Shown: positions 11,913 to 23,000, counted from the stretch's first letter. The stretch: DNA of 64,000 bases from Alphaproteobacteria bacterium (GCA_965214705.1 CBDCCI010000002.1:2848001-2912000), one strand, 5' to 3'. The notes: generated by a model not told the origin, from the letters alone. Translations and numbers: made by a program.

Positions 11913-12626
11913 TTACGAGACGCCTTCGCCGATATAGGCCTTCATCAGGTCCGCCGAGGTCCGCAGTTCCTCCGCGGTGCCGGCAAACTCCAAGTTCCCG
12001 CTACTCAGGATGTAGGCCCGATCGGCGAACTTGAGGGCTTCCTGCGCGTTCTGCTCGACCACGAGCAAGGTGAGTCCGTGGTCCCGCAGCCCCGAGATCA
12101 GCTTGAAGATCTGGTCGACGATCTGCGGCGCCAGGCCCAGGGAAGGCTCATCCAGCATCAGCAGCTTCGGCCCCGACATCAGCGCCCGGACCACCGCCAG
12201 CATCTGCTGCTCGCCGCCGGAGAGCGAGCCGCCGCTCTGCTTGAAGCGCTCGCGCAGGATGGGAAACATATCGAGGTAGGTCTCCAGGTCCCGGGCGACG
12301 CCGTCCGCATCCCGCCGGATCGCTGCGCCCAGGATCAGATTTTCCTCGACCGTCAGGTTGGCGAAGACGTGCCGCCCTTCGGGCGTGACGGTAATGCCGC
12401 GGGCGACGCGGCTTTCCGTGTCCAGCCGGTTGATGTCCTGGCCCTCGAACGACACCGTGCCCTCCGCGACGGGCACGAGCCCGATGATCGCGGACAGCAT
12501 GCTCGTCTTGCCCGCCCCGTTCGGCCCCAGCAGCGTCACGATCTCGCCCTCGTTGACGGAGAGCGAGACCGAATGCACGGCGCGCACCGCGCCGTAGTTC
12601 ACCGAGACGTTGTCGACTTCGAGCAT
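11913..12626 (-). CDS. ABC ATP-binding protein (LivF-like)
   Basis: [27 protein letters not shown]. Confidence 0.92.
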   Translation of the reverse strand: MLEVDNVSVNYGAVRAVHSVSLSVNEGEIVTLLGPNGAGKTSMLSAIIGLVPVAEGTVSFEGQDINRLDTESRVARGITVTPEGRHVFANLTVEENLILGAAIRRDADGVARDLETYLDMFPILRERFKQSGGSLSGGEQQMLAVVRALMSGPKLLMLDEPSLGLAPQIVDQIFKLISGLRDHGLTLLVVEQNAQEALKFADRAYILSSGNLEFAGTAEELRTSADLMKAYIGEGVS

Positions 12627-12674
12627 TGGCTCTTGCCGTCTTCTACCCTCGGCACGCGGCCGTCCCCGCCGGAC

Positions 12675-12720
12675 CCGTCAGGGAAGGCAGCGCTCGCAGC
12701 GCGCGCCCCTTCCCTGACGG
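12675..12720. terminator. Intergenic stem-loop after substrate-binding protein gene (terminator or mRNA stabiliser)
   Basis: 13-bp perfect stem CCGTCAGGGAAGG / CCTTCCCTGACGG. Confidence 0.6.
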
Positions 12721-12776
12721 TGTCCGGTTCATTCGGCCGGTTGGTGTCGGCGGCCGTACCGGGTCGACTGCTCGCC

Positions 12777-13961
12777 CTACTCCTCGTAATGGGGCGAGTG
12801 TGTGGGCACGAGGGCCTGGTGCAGGTACGGCTGGCCGTCCTTGAACCCGAGCACCGAGACTTCCTTGCTCGGGTAATGCCACTTGTTGGTGAAGTCGATG
12901 GAGGGTGCGGACGTCGCCGCGATCGGCCCCGCAGTGGTCAGAGCGTCGAGAACGGCGCGGGACTCGGTCGAGCCCGCGAGTTCTACACCCTTGGCGAGGA
13001 TTTGGGCGACATCGCCGCCCAGCCCGAAGAACGAGCCGTTAATCTCGTAGCCCCGGCTGATGCACTCGTTCTGGAACATCTCGAGCGCGTTGCCGCCCGT
13101 GGCGAAACCGTGGGTGGCGAAAAACACGGTCCCGTCAACGCTCGGCGCGCCGCCTGCCACTTCCGGCAGCGTCGGATCGTCAAACCCGTCCGAGCCGAAC
13201 ACGTAGATATCGAGCCCCGCCGCACGAATCTGACGGATCAGCACGCCCACGTCGGGGTTGATCGACGAGATGTGGATCGAGTCCGGCATCGGGTCCATCG
13301 CCTTCAGGTCGGTGATGAAGGGCGACCAGTCGGTGATCCCGAAGCCCGGATATTCCATCCGGCCGACGACCTCGCCGCCGAACCGCCCGAACACGTCGCC
13401 GAACCATTCCGGCAGATTCCGCGTCCAGGTCCCGTACACGTCCGAGAGGAACAGCACGACCCGGCGCGCACCCAGCTCATAGGCGACTTCGGCGGTTGCC
13501 GAAGCGTTGAACGGGTCGGGCACGGCCATGGTGATGTAGTTGTCCAGCCCGACCTCGAACATCTCGATCTGGGTGTTGACGGCCGAGAAGGTGATCGTGT
13601 CGTACTCGGCCGCGAGTTGGGAGACGGGGATCAGCGAATCCGAGGCGATCGCGGCCTCGCCCACGGCGGTCACGCCATCGTCCAGCATCTCCTGGGCCTG
13701 GGCGATGGCGATGGCCGGATCGCTCTTGTTGTCCTGCACGGCGAGCTCGATGGGCACGCCGTTCACGCCGCCCTGCTCGTTCATGAGCTCCGTCATGCAG
13801 CGCAGGCCGTGGGCCCCGGTGTAGGGCGCCCATTCGCCGGAGATCGAGGCCGAGATACCGATCTTGAGTGGATCCCCGGCGGATGCCGGGGCGTTCGCGA
13901 TGGCGAGCGCCAGCGCACCCGCCGCAATTGCGGTTGTGGCCAGAAGTTTCTTCGTAAGCAT
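12777..13961 (-). CDS. ABC substrate-binding protein (LivJ/K-like)
   Basis: Signal peptide; LKIG, NEQGGVNG, DNKSDP. Confidence 0.88.
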   Translation of the reverse strand: MLTKKLLATTAIAAGALALAIANAPASAGDPLKIGISASISGEWAPYTGAHGLRCMTELMNEQGGVNGVPIELAVQDNKSDPAIAIAQAQEMLDDGVTAVGEAAIASDSLIPVSQLAAEYDTITFSAVNTQIEMFEVGLDNYITMAVPDPFNASATAEVAYELGARRVVLFLSDVYGTWTRNLPEWFGDVFGRFGGEVVGRMEYPGFGITDWSPFITDLKAMDPMPDSIHISSINPDVGVLIRQIRAAGLDIYVFGSDGFDDPTLPEVAGGAPSVDGTVFFATHGFATGGNALEMFQNECISRGYEINGSFFGLGGDVAQILAKGVELAGSTESRAVLDALTTAGPIAATSAPSIDFTNKWHYPSKEVSVLGFKDGQPYLHQALVPTHSPHYEE

Positions 13962-14411
13962 TGGTTTAGCCTCCCTTGATTGTTCGACACACCCCCTAGG
14001 TGGGTCTTTCCATCGTGGCTTCTCCGTCCGATGGCGACGGTCGGGGCGCCGGCGTTGCGGCCTCCCCGTTGTTATCCTGAGCGCCGATGTAGACCTCGAT
14101 GACCCGCGGGTCGTTGCGCACCTCCTCGGGCGTGCCCAGCGCGATGAGCTCGCCCATGTGCAAGACGGCGATGCGCTCGCACACGTTCATGATGAACCGC
14201 AGGTCGTGGTCGATGACGATGATGCCGCAGCCGTATTCGTCGCGGATGAACCGGACCGAATCGATCAGCGCCGTGGACTCGAGGCGGTTCATGCCTGCGG
14301 CGGGTTCGTCGAGCAGCAGGTAGTCGGGGGCGAGCGCCAGCGCGCGGGCAATCTCCAGGCGCCGTTGGTAACCGTAGGGCAGGGTCGGCGCGGGCCGCTC
14401 GGCCATCTCCA

Positions 14412-16507
14412 CCCATCTTTGCCATTTTGGCGCGCGCCTGCGACCTAAGTAGTTGCGATGATGGGCTGATTTTCTGGCCCATCTGGGATTATGGCACTAC
14501 GTTTGTGCGCTCATCGCGACACTCCCGGGAGCACCGCCCGGCGCCTGTGGGGATCCACCGTGAGGCCCGCCGCCTGCGCGATGACGCGCGCCTCGGCGTC
14601 GGGTTGAGCATCCTGGCGGATGACGATGCGGTTTCCGTCCACCTCCCGGATGGTGGAGGTGAGACGCACCCAGCCCGCGAGCTTGTCGCGGATCGTACTC
14701 CAGCGGTCATGCAAGCCGTGCGCCGCCAGACGGGTTCGCAGCAGATGAACCGCGTGGTAGGCGAGGACGGCGATGAACAGGTGGGCGGCGATGCGCGAGG
14801 TCTTGGAGTGCCAGACCGGGCGCAGGCCGATTTCGGATTTCAGGCTGCGGAAGGTGGCCTCGAGCTCTGTGAGCTTCCAGTAGGTTCGGACCACGGTTTC
14901 AAGATCCCACTCGACGTGGCTGGTGCGCAGCACATAGATGCCCGCTTGGCGGTCGCGCTCGGCATGGAGAGCGTTGCGCCTCCAGCGGACCGCACTGGCC
15001 CGCCCCTTCTCTCCGGGCTCGACCTCGATGTCGTACTGACGGTGGACGCGCCTGTACCTTTCCTTCAGCCGGCCCAGCTTCTCCATCACCTTGGTGAACT
15101 GCTTGATGTGGTTCTTCTTCGACAGCCCGCCATGCAGGGCGCGCAGGGCGTCCTCGAAGTTGTGACGCTGACGGGCGAGCACGGCCTCGTCCTTCTGCTG
15201 GCGCTCATGGCTCCAGACGCACAGGTGCGCTTCGTCGTCCCCTGCCGCGAGACGCCAGGCGCGGGCATCGTGGCCGGCCCGGGTTTCGAAGGCGGCATCG
15301 GCTTCGCGCCCGGGCGGCGCCGAGACGCCGCGGCGAACGGTGATCCAGTGATAGCCGCCCGCCCGCAGCCAGGCGAGGTTGGCCTCGGTGGAGATGCCGG
15401 CGTCCATGATGACCGTGGGCCTGGGGGCGTTGCTGCCGCGCGCTTGGCATTCCAGCCGCCCGATGGCGTCGGCGAGAGTGGCCGGCTCGGAGATGTTGCC
15501 GGGCAGGATCTCGCTGTGCTGCGGAAAGCCGGCCTGGTTCAGCGACAGGGCCAGGGTCACGATCGGACAATCGTCACGCCTCTGCTTCGAGCGCCCGAAG
15601 CGGGCCAGCGCGGAGCTGGGCCGTCCGGTCATATGGGTGTTGGTCAGGTCGAAGAAGACGATGGTGTCGGGGATGCCGAAGAGATCGCGCTCCCGGGCGC
15701 ACAGCGCCTCTTCAAGCGCCGCGCGGTGACGCCACAAGAGGTCGCCGATGCGGTAGAGCTTGCTGAGCGTGAGCGACTTGCCGCTGTCGACATCGAGCAA
15801 CTCCAGGGTCGCGCTGTTCGCGCTCAGCCAGCGGAAGGCCTCGCGCTCGCTGGAGGGATGGATCATGCGCGCGACCACCAGTGCCGCCGCGATGCGTGCG
15901 TCGCGCTCACTTGCGCCCAGCCTCTCCAGCGTCTCGATGAAGCGAAGGTCGTCAAGCGCGGCGAGAGCCAGGCGCTCGCAGCCCACCGAGCGGACCTGTT
16001 CGTGGGAGAGGCTATCGAGACGGACCGTGGCCAGGTCGCTCTCGTCCCCGGGCCGCGACGCGCCGAGATCGCGGGCGTGAAGCCGCCGTACGACGTCCTC
16101 GGCGACGGGGCGCAAGGCGGCATCCGGCTCCAGCAGCGGCTCGCTGCCGGCGAGAAGGGTTTCGATCAGAAGCGCCAATTCGCGCCATTGCTCCTCGGGC
16201 ACACCGAAGTCGGCGCCGAGATTGAGGAGCGTGACCTGGCGCACCCTTCCGCCGATGCGTTCGCTGCGCACGAGGCGGTAGGTGGCATAGCGCTCGCCAC
16301 CGTCTCCGCGACCGGTGAGGGTTTTGCGAATGAACATGGCGGCAGGGTCACGGACAGTTTGCGGACTGTCAAGGAGCGCCGGCCCACAGACCAAAGATTA
16401 TGGCACTACAATGGACTTCCCAAAACACAATCCAACAAAATCAGTGCCTTAGATCCCAAAGGCTACCCAAAATCAGGCCTTCGGGACCGAAAAGTGGCAA
16501 AGATGGG
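14412..16507 (-). mobile_element. IS1634-family element (copy 1)
   Basis: IRs CCCATCTTTGCCA / TGGCAAAGATGGG; 4-bp TSD TCCA (14408-14411, 16508-16511). Confidence 0.9.
14511..16337 (-). CDS. IS1634-family transposase
   Basis: FFDLTNT, GRSKQRRDD, MDAGI, YWKLTELEATFRSLKSEIGLRPVWH. Confidence 0.92.
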   Translation of the reverse strand: MFIRKTLTGRGDGGERYATYRLVRSERIGGRVRQVTLLNLGADFGVPEEQWRELALLIETLLAGSEPLLEPDAALRPVAEDVVRRLHARDLGASRPGDESDLATVRLDSLSHEQVRSVGCERLALAALDDLRFIETLERLGASERDARIAAALVVARMIHPSSEREAFRWLSANSATLELLDVDSGKSLTLSKLYRIGDLLWRHRAALEEALCARERDLFGIPDTIVFFDLTNTHMTGRPSSALARFGRSKQRRDDCPIVTLALSLNQAGFPQHSEILPGNISEPATLADAIGRLECQARGSNAPRPTVIMDAGISTEANLAWLRAGGYHWITVRRGVSAPPGREADAAFETRAGHDARAWRLAAGDDEAHLCVWSHERQQKDEAVLARQRHNFEDALRALHGGLSKKNHIKQFTKVMEKLGRLKERYRRVHRQYDIEVEPGEKGRASAVRWRRNALHAERDRQAGIYVLRTSHVEWDLETVVRTYWKLTELEATFRSLKSEIGLRPVWHSKTSRIAAHLFIAVLAYHAVHLLRTRLAAHGLHDRWSTIRDKLAGWVRLTSTIREVDGNRIVIRQDAQPDAEARVIAQAAGLTVDPHRRRAVLPGVSR

Positions 16508-17127
16508 TCCAGCAGATCCATCTGATCAAGCAGCCGGTCGATGGTGATCCCGCTCACCTGCCTTGCCCGGTGGAACTCGCTGGACGTGAAGGCAACCTCG
16601 ACGTTCTGACGCACCGTCAGATGTTCGAACAGACGGATGTTCTGGAAGGTCCGCGCGACACCGGCGTAGGCGCGTTTGCGCGGGGAAAGCCCATTAAGCC
16701 TCTTCCCGTCCAGCACGACGGTTCCGCTGTCGGACGGGCTTACCCCGGTGATCAGGTTCATCAGCGTCGTCTTGCCCGCGCCGTTCGGGCCGATCAGGCC
16801 CAGGATCTCGCCGCGCTGGCATTCCAGCGAGACCTCGCGCACGGCGTAGACGCCGCCGAAATTCTTGCTGATGGTGTCGACCGAGAGCGCCAAGGCTCAA
16901 GCCGCAAGGGGATGGCTGCGCGGCCCGGTACTGGCGGACGCGCGTCCGACCGGCGCGGCGATCCCTCGCTCAGGCCGCCGCCCCATGGGTCGGAAACGTT
17001 CGTTCACCGACACTCTCCCTGAGGCGTTCTTATTCTTGTCCAATCAGTTTCGATCATGGACAGCAGGTTGACAACCCTGCCCCGGCAGCGCGTGCCCCGG
17101 CAGAGCGGCAGACTCGCCCGCTCGCGA

Positions 17128-17155
17128 GCCGAAGGCCCGGACGGCGCGACTGCGC
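17128..17155 (+). repeat. Repeat family 2 sub-motif upstream of tRNA
   Basis: GCCGAAGGCCCGGACGGCGCGACTGCGC, 27/28 identical to 55100-55127. Confidence 0.7.
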
Positions 17156-17202
17156 TTGCCGGCGCCTGCCGCGCTTCCTATCGTGTGGTTCAGCGTCCCC
17201 CG

Positions 17203-17290
17203 GCCCGCGTGGCGGAATTTGGTAGACGCAACGGACTTAAAATCCGTTGGCCTTCGGGTCGTCCCGGTTCGAGTCCGGGCGCGGGCACCA
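17203..17290 (+). tRNA. tRNA-Leu (anticodon TAA)
   Basis: GCCCGCG acceptor stem, ACGGA-CTTAAAA-TCCGT anticodon arm, long variable arm, GGTTCGAGTCC, CCA end. Confidence 0.96.
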
Positions 17291-17375
17291 CGGTCCCTTC
17301 CGGGGGCTTCCAATGCCTTCCTCACCATTCCGCATCACGTCTCACACTGTTTCATCTGCTCGAATCTCTATGCAC

Positions 17376-19097
17376 TTAAGTATCGTGTGAGGTGACAAGT
17401 TTGGCCTCCGTCAGATTGTCCTGTGACTTGGAGCGCGTGACATAGCCGGCTTCGAGATCCTGGCTTCGGCGCTGATCGCAACGTTCTGCCGGGTCGCCCC
17501 ATCCACCGCCGCCGGCCGTCTGCTGGCTCACTATATCCCCCATTCTTAGCGGTATCTCGGCACCCTTGGATGCGAAATTGGGCGATGCAAGTTGGAAGCC
17601 ATCGCCGCGGTCGATCAGATAGGCGCCGGGCGCGCCTTCGCCACCGCCATCGAATCCCTTGGCCCCGAACTTACAGCGGTCAGCCACGAAGCTGAGTTCT
17701 GCGACATCGGAGAGGATCTCGTAATCTCGCCTTGTGCCGAGCCCGCCTCTGTATTTCCCGTCACCTCCAGTATCCGCCCGCAGTTCGTACCGCCTTAGCC
17801 TGACCGGAAACTTCAGCTCCAAAGCCTCTGCAGGCATGTTGCGGCAGTTCCCGACGATCGAGAACAGGGCGCTTTCGCCATCCTTCTCCGGCGTCGCCCC
17901 CCAGGCACCTTCGGGATACTGGTAGAGAATTTGCATTCCAGCCTTGCCGTAGCAGGTTAGCAGCATGTTGTTGGACGACCCCTGGTCGCCAGCAATGAGA
18001 TGTGGGCCGTTGGGCATGGTCGAAAGCGCCGCCATCAAGGCGTTGACAATCCGATGCGAGGTCTCGTTACCAGCCGTGCAGGGAGCCGGAAAGGTTGGAT
18101 GCACAACCGTGCCCTCACGACTCACGATTTTGATCGGTCGATAGCAACCATGGTTGGGGGCTATTTCCGGATCGGTGGCGGCCTGCAGGCAAAGGTAGGT
18201 TGCCGATGCAGTCATGTAAGGAACGGAATTGATCGGTCCACTTGCCTGCGGATCGGTCTCGCTATAGTCGATCACCAAAGCGTCGCCGTTGACGACAACC
18301 TTGACTCGGATCGTAATCGGCTCGTCGGTAATGCCGTCGTTGTCCATGATGTCTTCGCCGAAGTACTCCCCATCGGGCCAAGACCTGATTACCGCGCGCA
18401 TTCGAGCTTCAGAATCCGCGCGCGATCGCTCTTCCGCAGATGCAATGGTAGCCCGGCCATACCGCTTGCACAGGGCTTGATATCGCAGAGCGGCACTGCG
18501 GTTCGCGGATACCTGCGCCGCGAGATCTCCCTTCATGTTTTTTGGCACGCGGACATTGTTGAGAATGAACTCGTAAACGTCTCGTTGCCGCTCGCCCGCG
18601 CGGTACAACCAGACAGGGGGAATGCGCAGCCCTTCCATGAAGTTATCTTTCGCCCGAGAGTAAAAGCTGCCCGGAACGGCCCCTCCGACGTCGGCATGAT
18701 GAGCCCGATTTGCAGCGAAGGCGACCAGTTCGCCATCGTAAAAGATTGGGCTGACCATCGTGAGGTCCGGAAGATGAGTCCCGCCGCGATAGGGGTCGTT
18801 TGAAATGATGGCGTCACCGGGTTTGAATTCCCGCAAGGGCGCAAGCTCCTCGATCGCCTGACGCACGGCGTACTGCAAGGCTCCAAGGTGGATTGGCAAA
18901 AACTCGCCCTGCGCTGTCAGCCGCGCCTTCGCATCGAACAGCCCGCAGGAAAAGTCGCTGCCTTCATTGAAGATCTCCGAGTAGGCGGTTTGCCGAAGCG
19001 TAACCCCCATCTCGCGGGAGACCGCGACAAGCGAGCTTCTGATGACACTGAACTGGATCGGATCGAAATTTCTAGTGACGGCGCTCGTATCGGTCAT
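17376..19097 (-). CDS. Hydantoinase B / 5-oxoprolinase family protein
   Basis: DFSCGLFD, NDPYRGGTHLPD, HHADVGG, GGDGKYRGG. Confidence 0.9.
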   Translation of the reverse strand: MTDTSAVTRNFDPIQFSVIRSSLVAVSREMGVTLRQTAYSEIFNEGSDFSCGLFDAKARLTAQGEFLPIHLGALQYAVRQAIEELAPLREFKPGDAIISNDPYRGGTHLPDLTMVSPIFYDGELVAFAANRAHHADVGGAVPGSFYSRAKDNFMEGLRIPPVWLYRAGERQRDVYEFILNNVRVPKNMKGDLAAQVSANRSAALRYQALCKRYGRATIASAEERSRADSEARMRAVIRSWPDGEYFGEDIMDNDGITDEPITIRVKVVVNGDALVIDYSETDPQASGPINSVPYMTASATYLCLQAATDPEIAPNHGCYRPIKIVSREGTVVHPTFPAPCTAGNETSHRIVNALMAALSTMPNGPHLIAGDQGSSNNMLLTCYGKAGMQILYQYPEGAWGATPEKDGESALFSIVGNCRNMPAEALELKFPVRLRRYELRADTGGDGKYRGGLGTRRDYEILSDVAELSFVADRCKFGAKGFDGGGEGAPGAYLIDRGDGFQLASPNFASKGAEIPLRMGDIVSQQTAGGGGWGDPAERCDQRRSQDLEAGYVTRSKSQDNLTEAKLVTSHDT

Positions 19098-21127
19098 TGT
19101 CTAAGCCACTTCAGTTCGAGGAAGCCCGGCTTGACCGCCGAGCAGCTGGCGTCTGGCGGAACGACGATGGTTGCGTCGGACTGTTCGATGATGGCTGGTC
19201 CAAGTGTCGTCTCTGCCGTCTCGACATCTCTACGCGTGAGAATCTGCGTCTCGAGCCAGCCCTGTTCGGGACCCCAGTAGACGTCTCGGCGCTGATCGCC
19301 AACTTCCAGCTCTGCCCAACGAGGATCGCCGAACTCCTTATTCTCGGCGACGCTCACGGCGGCGACACGAATGTTCACAGCTTCGACTGAGCTATCACGA
19401 AGCGAATGCCCGTAACGCGCCTCATGAGAGTCATGAAAGTTCTCCGCCGCCTTGTCGGTATCGATCTGCCCCAACTCGACGGGAATGGTGATCTCGTGCG
19501 TTTGCCCGGCGTACCTGAGGTCCAGTGCGGCGGAAACAACCACATTGCCATTCTTGGCGTCGTCGTGAAGCTCGGCAAGCGTTTCCTCGCTCAACTGTGT
19601 GAACATGTCGTGGAGCGCCATTGCTTCGAGATCCGCCAACGGCGTAAAGATCGTCTTCAGGCGCTCGCGGCGCCCATCGGCAAGTAACATGCCTTGAGCG
19701 GATGCGACGCCTGGGTAGGCGGGAACGACCACCGAAGACATCTCCAGTTCCGCCGCAACCTCCAGGCCGTGAGCGCCCCCACCACCACCGAGTGCAACAA
19801 GGGCATAGTCGCGCGGATCGCGGGAGCGTTCGATGGAGACCGACCGGATCGCGTCCGCCATATTGCTGTTGACGATGCGCAAGATGCCCCACGCCGTCTC
19901 TTCGCGGCTGAGGCCCAGTCGTACTGCTAACGCCTCAATGGATTTCCACGCTCGTTCCCGGTCGAGGCGGAGCCCGCCGCCGATGGCTAGACGGGGATTG
20001 TAGCGGCCGAGGGCAATCGCCGCGTCAGTCACCGTCGGCTCCACACCACCCTTCCCATAGCAGGCAGGGCCGGGAACCGCACCGGCGGAACGAGGGCCAA
20101 CGAGAATGGTCCCGCCTTGATCGACCCACGCAATGCTGCCACCGCCAGCGCCGACACTGACAATGTCGAGGCAAGGAATCTGGATCGGATATCCCACGAG
20201 CTCGATGTAGGTATTGCGATCGGGCTCACCGTTCGTGACCGCCGCCACGTCGGTGCTCGTGCCCCCCATATCGAAACTGATTACATTGCTTCGCCCGAGA
20301 GCCTTGGCGATCTCAAGTGCCAAAATCACCCCGCCAGCGGGACCGGAAAGCAGGGACTTCACCGGCACGCGACGCGCTTGAAGCGGATCTGCAAGGCCGC
20401 CGGAAGACTCCATGATCCGGAATCCTTCTTCCGTCAAGGAATGGGGAAGCGACCTTTCCAAGCCCTCCAGATAGTTGCTCATGATGGGACGGGCAATGGC
20501 ATTGATACAGGTGGTGCTTGTCCGTTCAAACTCGCGATAGTGAGGCAATACCTCGTGGGATAAAGACACGAACACTTTGTCGCCCAGGCGTTCCGCGATC
20601 GATTTGCCCAGCAAGAGCTCGTGTGCTGGATTTCTAAACGAGAACAACAGGCAGACCGCGACGCTGCTCACACCCGAAGCCTCGATCTCATCGACAACGC
20701 GCTTGATCTCATCCGCTTGAAGCGGCTCGATGATACTTCCGTCCGCGGCAATTCGTTCACGCACTTCCAATCGCTGTTTTCGCTTGATCAGCGGTTCCGG
20801 CTTCTTTTGCGTGAGATTGAACAGATCTTTTCGGTCGCCGCGCATGATCTCCAAAACATCTCTGAAACCATCGGTCGTGATCAGGAGGCAATCGGGACGA
20901 TCAGAAGTTAGAAGAGCATTCACGACGACGGTCGTACCGTGCCTTAGCGTCGAAATTTCTGTCGGGTCCTCACAGACGGTGGCCAGCGCGGCCAGGAAGC
21001 CCGCTTCCAGCTTTCCCGGTGTGGTGGCAGACTTCCCCACAAACCAGGAGCCATCGGCCCGACGGGTGATGGCGTCCGTAAATGTTCCGCCCATGTCTAT
21101 TGCAATGTCCATGTGCTCACTCGACAT
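19094..21127 (-). CDS. Hydantoinase A / 5-oxoprolinase family protein
   Basis: DMGGTFTD, HGTT, SGPAGG, DMGGTSTD, GPRSAGAVPGPACY. Confidence 0.9.
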   Translation of the reverse strand: MSSEHMDIAIDMGGTFTDAITRRADGSWFVGKSATTPGKLEAGFLAALATVCEDPTEISTLRHGTTVVVNALLTSDRPDCLLITTDGFRDVLEIMRGDRKDLFNLTQKKPEPLIKRKQRLEVRERIAADGSIIEPLQADEIKRVVDEIEASGVSSVAVCLLFSFRNPAHELLLGKSIAERLGDKVFVSLSHEVLPHYREFERTSTTCINAIARPIMSNYLEGLERSLPHSLTEEGFRIMESSGGLADPLQARRVPVKSLLSGPAGGVILALEIAKALGRSNVISFDMGGTSTDVAAVTNGEPDRNTYIELVGYPIQIPCLDIVSVGAGGGSIAWVDQGGTILVGPRSAGAVPGPACYGKGGVEPTVTDAAIALGRYNPRLAIGGGLRLDRERAWKSIEALAVRLGLSREETAWGILRIVNSNMADAIRSVSIERSRDPRDYALVALGGGGGAHGLEVAAELEMSSVVVPAYPGVASAQGMLLADGRRERLKTIFTPLADLEAMALHDMFTQLSEETLAELHDDAKNGNVVVSAALDLRYAGQTHEITIPVELGQIDTDKAAENFHDSHEARYGHSLRDSSVEAVNIRVAAVSVAENKEFGDPRWAELEVGDQRRDVYWGPEQGWLETQILTRRDVETAETTLGPAIIEQSDATIVVPPDASCSAVKPGFLELKWLRQ

Positions 21128-21339
21128 GACCTGCGCCCCTTGGCTCCCTCGCTCACAAGGAGAGTCCTGGTTCTGCATAGCGCATCGTCGATGGGTTGGC
21201 ACGCGCGCCGGTCGCGGAGCCCTCAACCCGCTCAAGCGCTCGGCGCGCAACCCACGCGCCGAACAACAAGCGTTGGCGTTTGACCCTTTGGCATCCGACG
21301 TTCAGTACATTGCCAAGGTGATCGGTGTTCAATCTGCAC

Positions 21340-21690
21340 GTTGAACAACACCGCGGGCCGCCTGCAGCACGCGGCGGCGGCGGTGGCAACATCGCCGGCC
21401 TCAATCGTGCTCCGGCCGCTGCTTGCGCAACCGTCCAGGCGCGGCGGCGGCGCCGGCGCATCGCGTGACGGCCGACAGGATTGTTGTTCGCCCTGCTGAT
21501 TGAACCCCATCCGCATGGTAACATCTTGAATCTCTTGCACGCCGAGGGGTCGAACGCCGCCTCCGAACGGCACTTGATCGGAGCGGCGGATCACGCCCGC
21601 CGGCGAATCTCGACGCTCGAGCACCTGCGCAAGGGATATACGTGGGACGATCGGGAATTCCTGCGAGGCCCCGAGGAACAAGATACGTGA
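21340..21690 (+). pseudogene. Possible degenerate GntR-family (FCD domain) regulator remnant
   Basis: HGNILNLLHAEGSNAASERHLIGAADHARRRI resembles an FCD C-terminus; its stop overlaps the next start. Confidence 0.25.
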
Positions 21691-23000
21691 CTTCCGGCGA
21701 GCTGATCTTTCTGGTCTGGAGCGACCTCGTCGGGGTCTCGCGCACGCGCGGCGTGCCGGCGGGCGAGTACGAGCGCCGCAAGGCCCACGGGCTCGGCTGG
21801 GCCCTGGCGGGGCAGGCGATGACCCCGTTCGAGGACATTGCCGAGAACCCGTGGGGGCCGATGGACGAGGTGCGGCAAGTCCCCGATGACGCGACGCGGC
21901 GACGGATCGCGCTGCGCCCCGAGCACCCGCCCCTTCATCTGGTCCTCTGCAACAGCCTCAACCCCGACGGCAGCACCTGGGAATGCTGCACGCGGCGCTT
22001 TCTGGCGGCGGCGCTGGCCGATCTGAAGGCCGAGACGGGCCTCGACCTGCACATCGCCTACGAGAACGAGTTCGCGCTCTACGGCGAGGAGCTTCGTTGG
22101 GCGGCGCCGTTCTCGCTGGATGCGGTGCGGCGGATCGCGCCGTTCGCCGACCTCTGCGTGGCGGCCCTGATCGACGCTGAGCTGGGGCTCGAGACCTTCG
22201 AGCCCGAATACGGCGTCGGGCAATTCGAGGTAACCAACGGTCCGGCTGCGGGGCTCGCGGGCGCGGACCGTGTCGTGCTCACCCGTGAAATCGTGCGGGA
22301 AGCCGCGCGCCAGAGCGGGCTGCGCGCAACATTCGCCCCCAAGCCGGCCCCCGATGCGGTGGGCAACGGCTGCCACCTTCACCTGAGCCTGTGGGACGCC
22401 GACGGCAACGCCGCCGCCTACGACGCCGATGCGCCGGGCGAGCTCAGCACGGTTGCCGCGAGCTTCTGCGCGGGCGTGCAGCGGCATCTCGGCGCCCTTT
22501 GCGCCATGACGGCGCCGAGCCCCACTTCCTACCTGCGCCTCGGCCCCCATCACTGGAGCTGCGGCTACGACATCGTCGGCGTCCAGAATCGCGAGGCCGC
22601 GATTCGCATCTGCCCGTCGCCCGCCACCGACCCGGCCGACCGCGGCGAGGCCTTCAACATCGAATTCCGCTTCACCGATGCCACGGCAAGCCCGTATCTG
22701 GCCATCGGCGTGATCGTGCGCGCAGGGCTCCAGGGCATCCGCGACGCGCTGCCGCGCCCGACCCTGGTGGAAGGCGAGCCGGACGATCTGAGCGCAGACG
22801 AGCGCAGCGCGCGCGGCATCAGCCGGCTGCCCACCTCGCTCGAGGAGGCTCTCGACGCGTTCGGCGCGGACGAGACCGTGAAGGGCTGGTTCACGCCCAC
22901 CATGGTGAAGGCCTACACCGCCCTCAAGCGGCACGAGGTTCGGCTCTACGCGGAGTCGAGGCCCCAACACATGTGCGAACGATACATGCAGGTCTATTGA
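21687..23000 (+). CDS. Glutamine synthetase-family (gamma-glutamyl-amine ligase-like) protein
   Basis: ENEF, EYGVGQFE, FAPKP, GNGCHLHLSL, NREAAIR, IEFRFTDATASPYL. Confidence 0.88.
   Translation: MTSGELIFLVWSDLVGVSRTRGVPAGEYERRKAHGLGWALAGQAMTPFEDIAENPWGPMDEVRQVPDDATRRRIALRPEHPPLHLVLCNSLNPDGSTWECCTRRFLAAALADLKAETGLDLHIAYENEFALYGEELRWAAPFSLDAVRRIAPFADLCVAALIDAELGLETFEPEYGVGQFEVTNGPAAGLAGADRVVLTREIVREAARQSGLRATFAPKPAPDAVGNGCHLHLSLWDADGNAAAYDADAPGELSTVAASFCAGVQRHLGALCAMTAPSPTSYLRLGPHHWSCGYDIVGVQNREAAIRICPSPATDPADRGEAFNIEFRFTDATASPYLAIGVIVRAGLQGIRDALPRPTLVEGEPDDLSADERSARGISRLPTSLEEALDAFGADETVKGWFTPTMVKAYTALKRHEVRLYAESRPQHMCERYMQVY

Larger units (their letters stand above)
13996..16893 (-). pseudogene. 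LivG-like ABC ATPase interrupted by IS1634 (halves 16508-16893 and 13996-14411)
   Basis: Removing the IS restores QMDLLEMAERPAPTLPYGYQRRLEIARAL; Walker A in 5' half, Walker B in 3' half. Confidence 0.9.

Noticed and set aside
17260-17290. attR duplication of the tRNA-Leu 3' end
   Set aside because: No second copy found by eye in the window, so island limits cannot be set.
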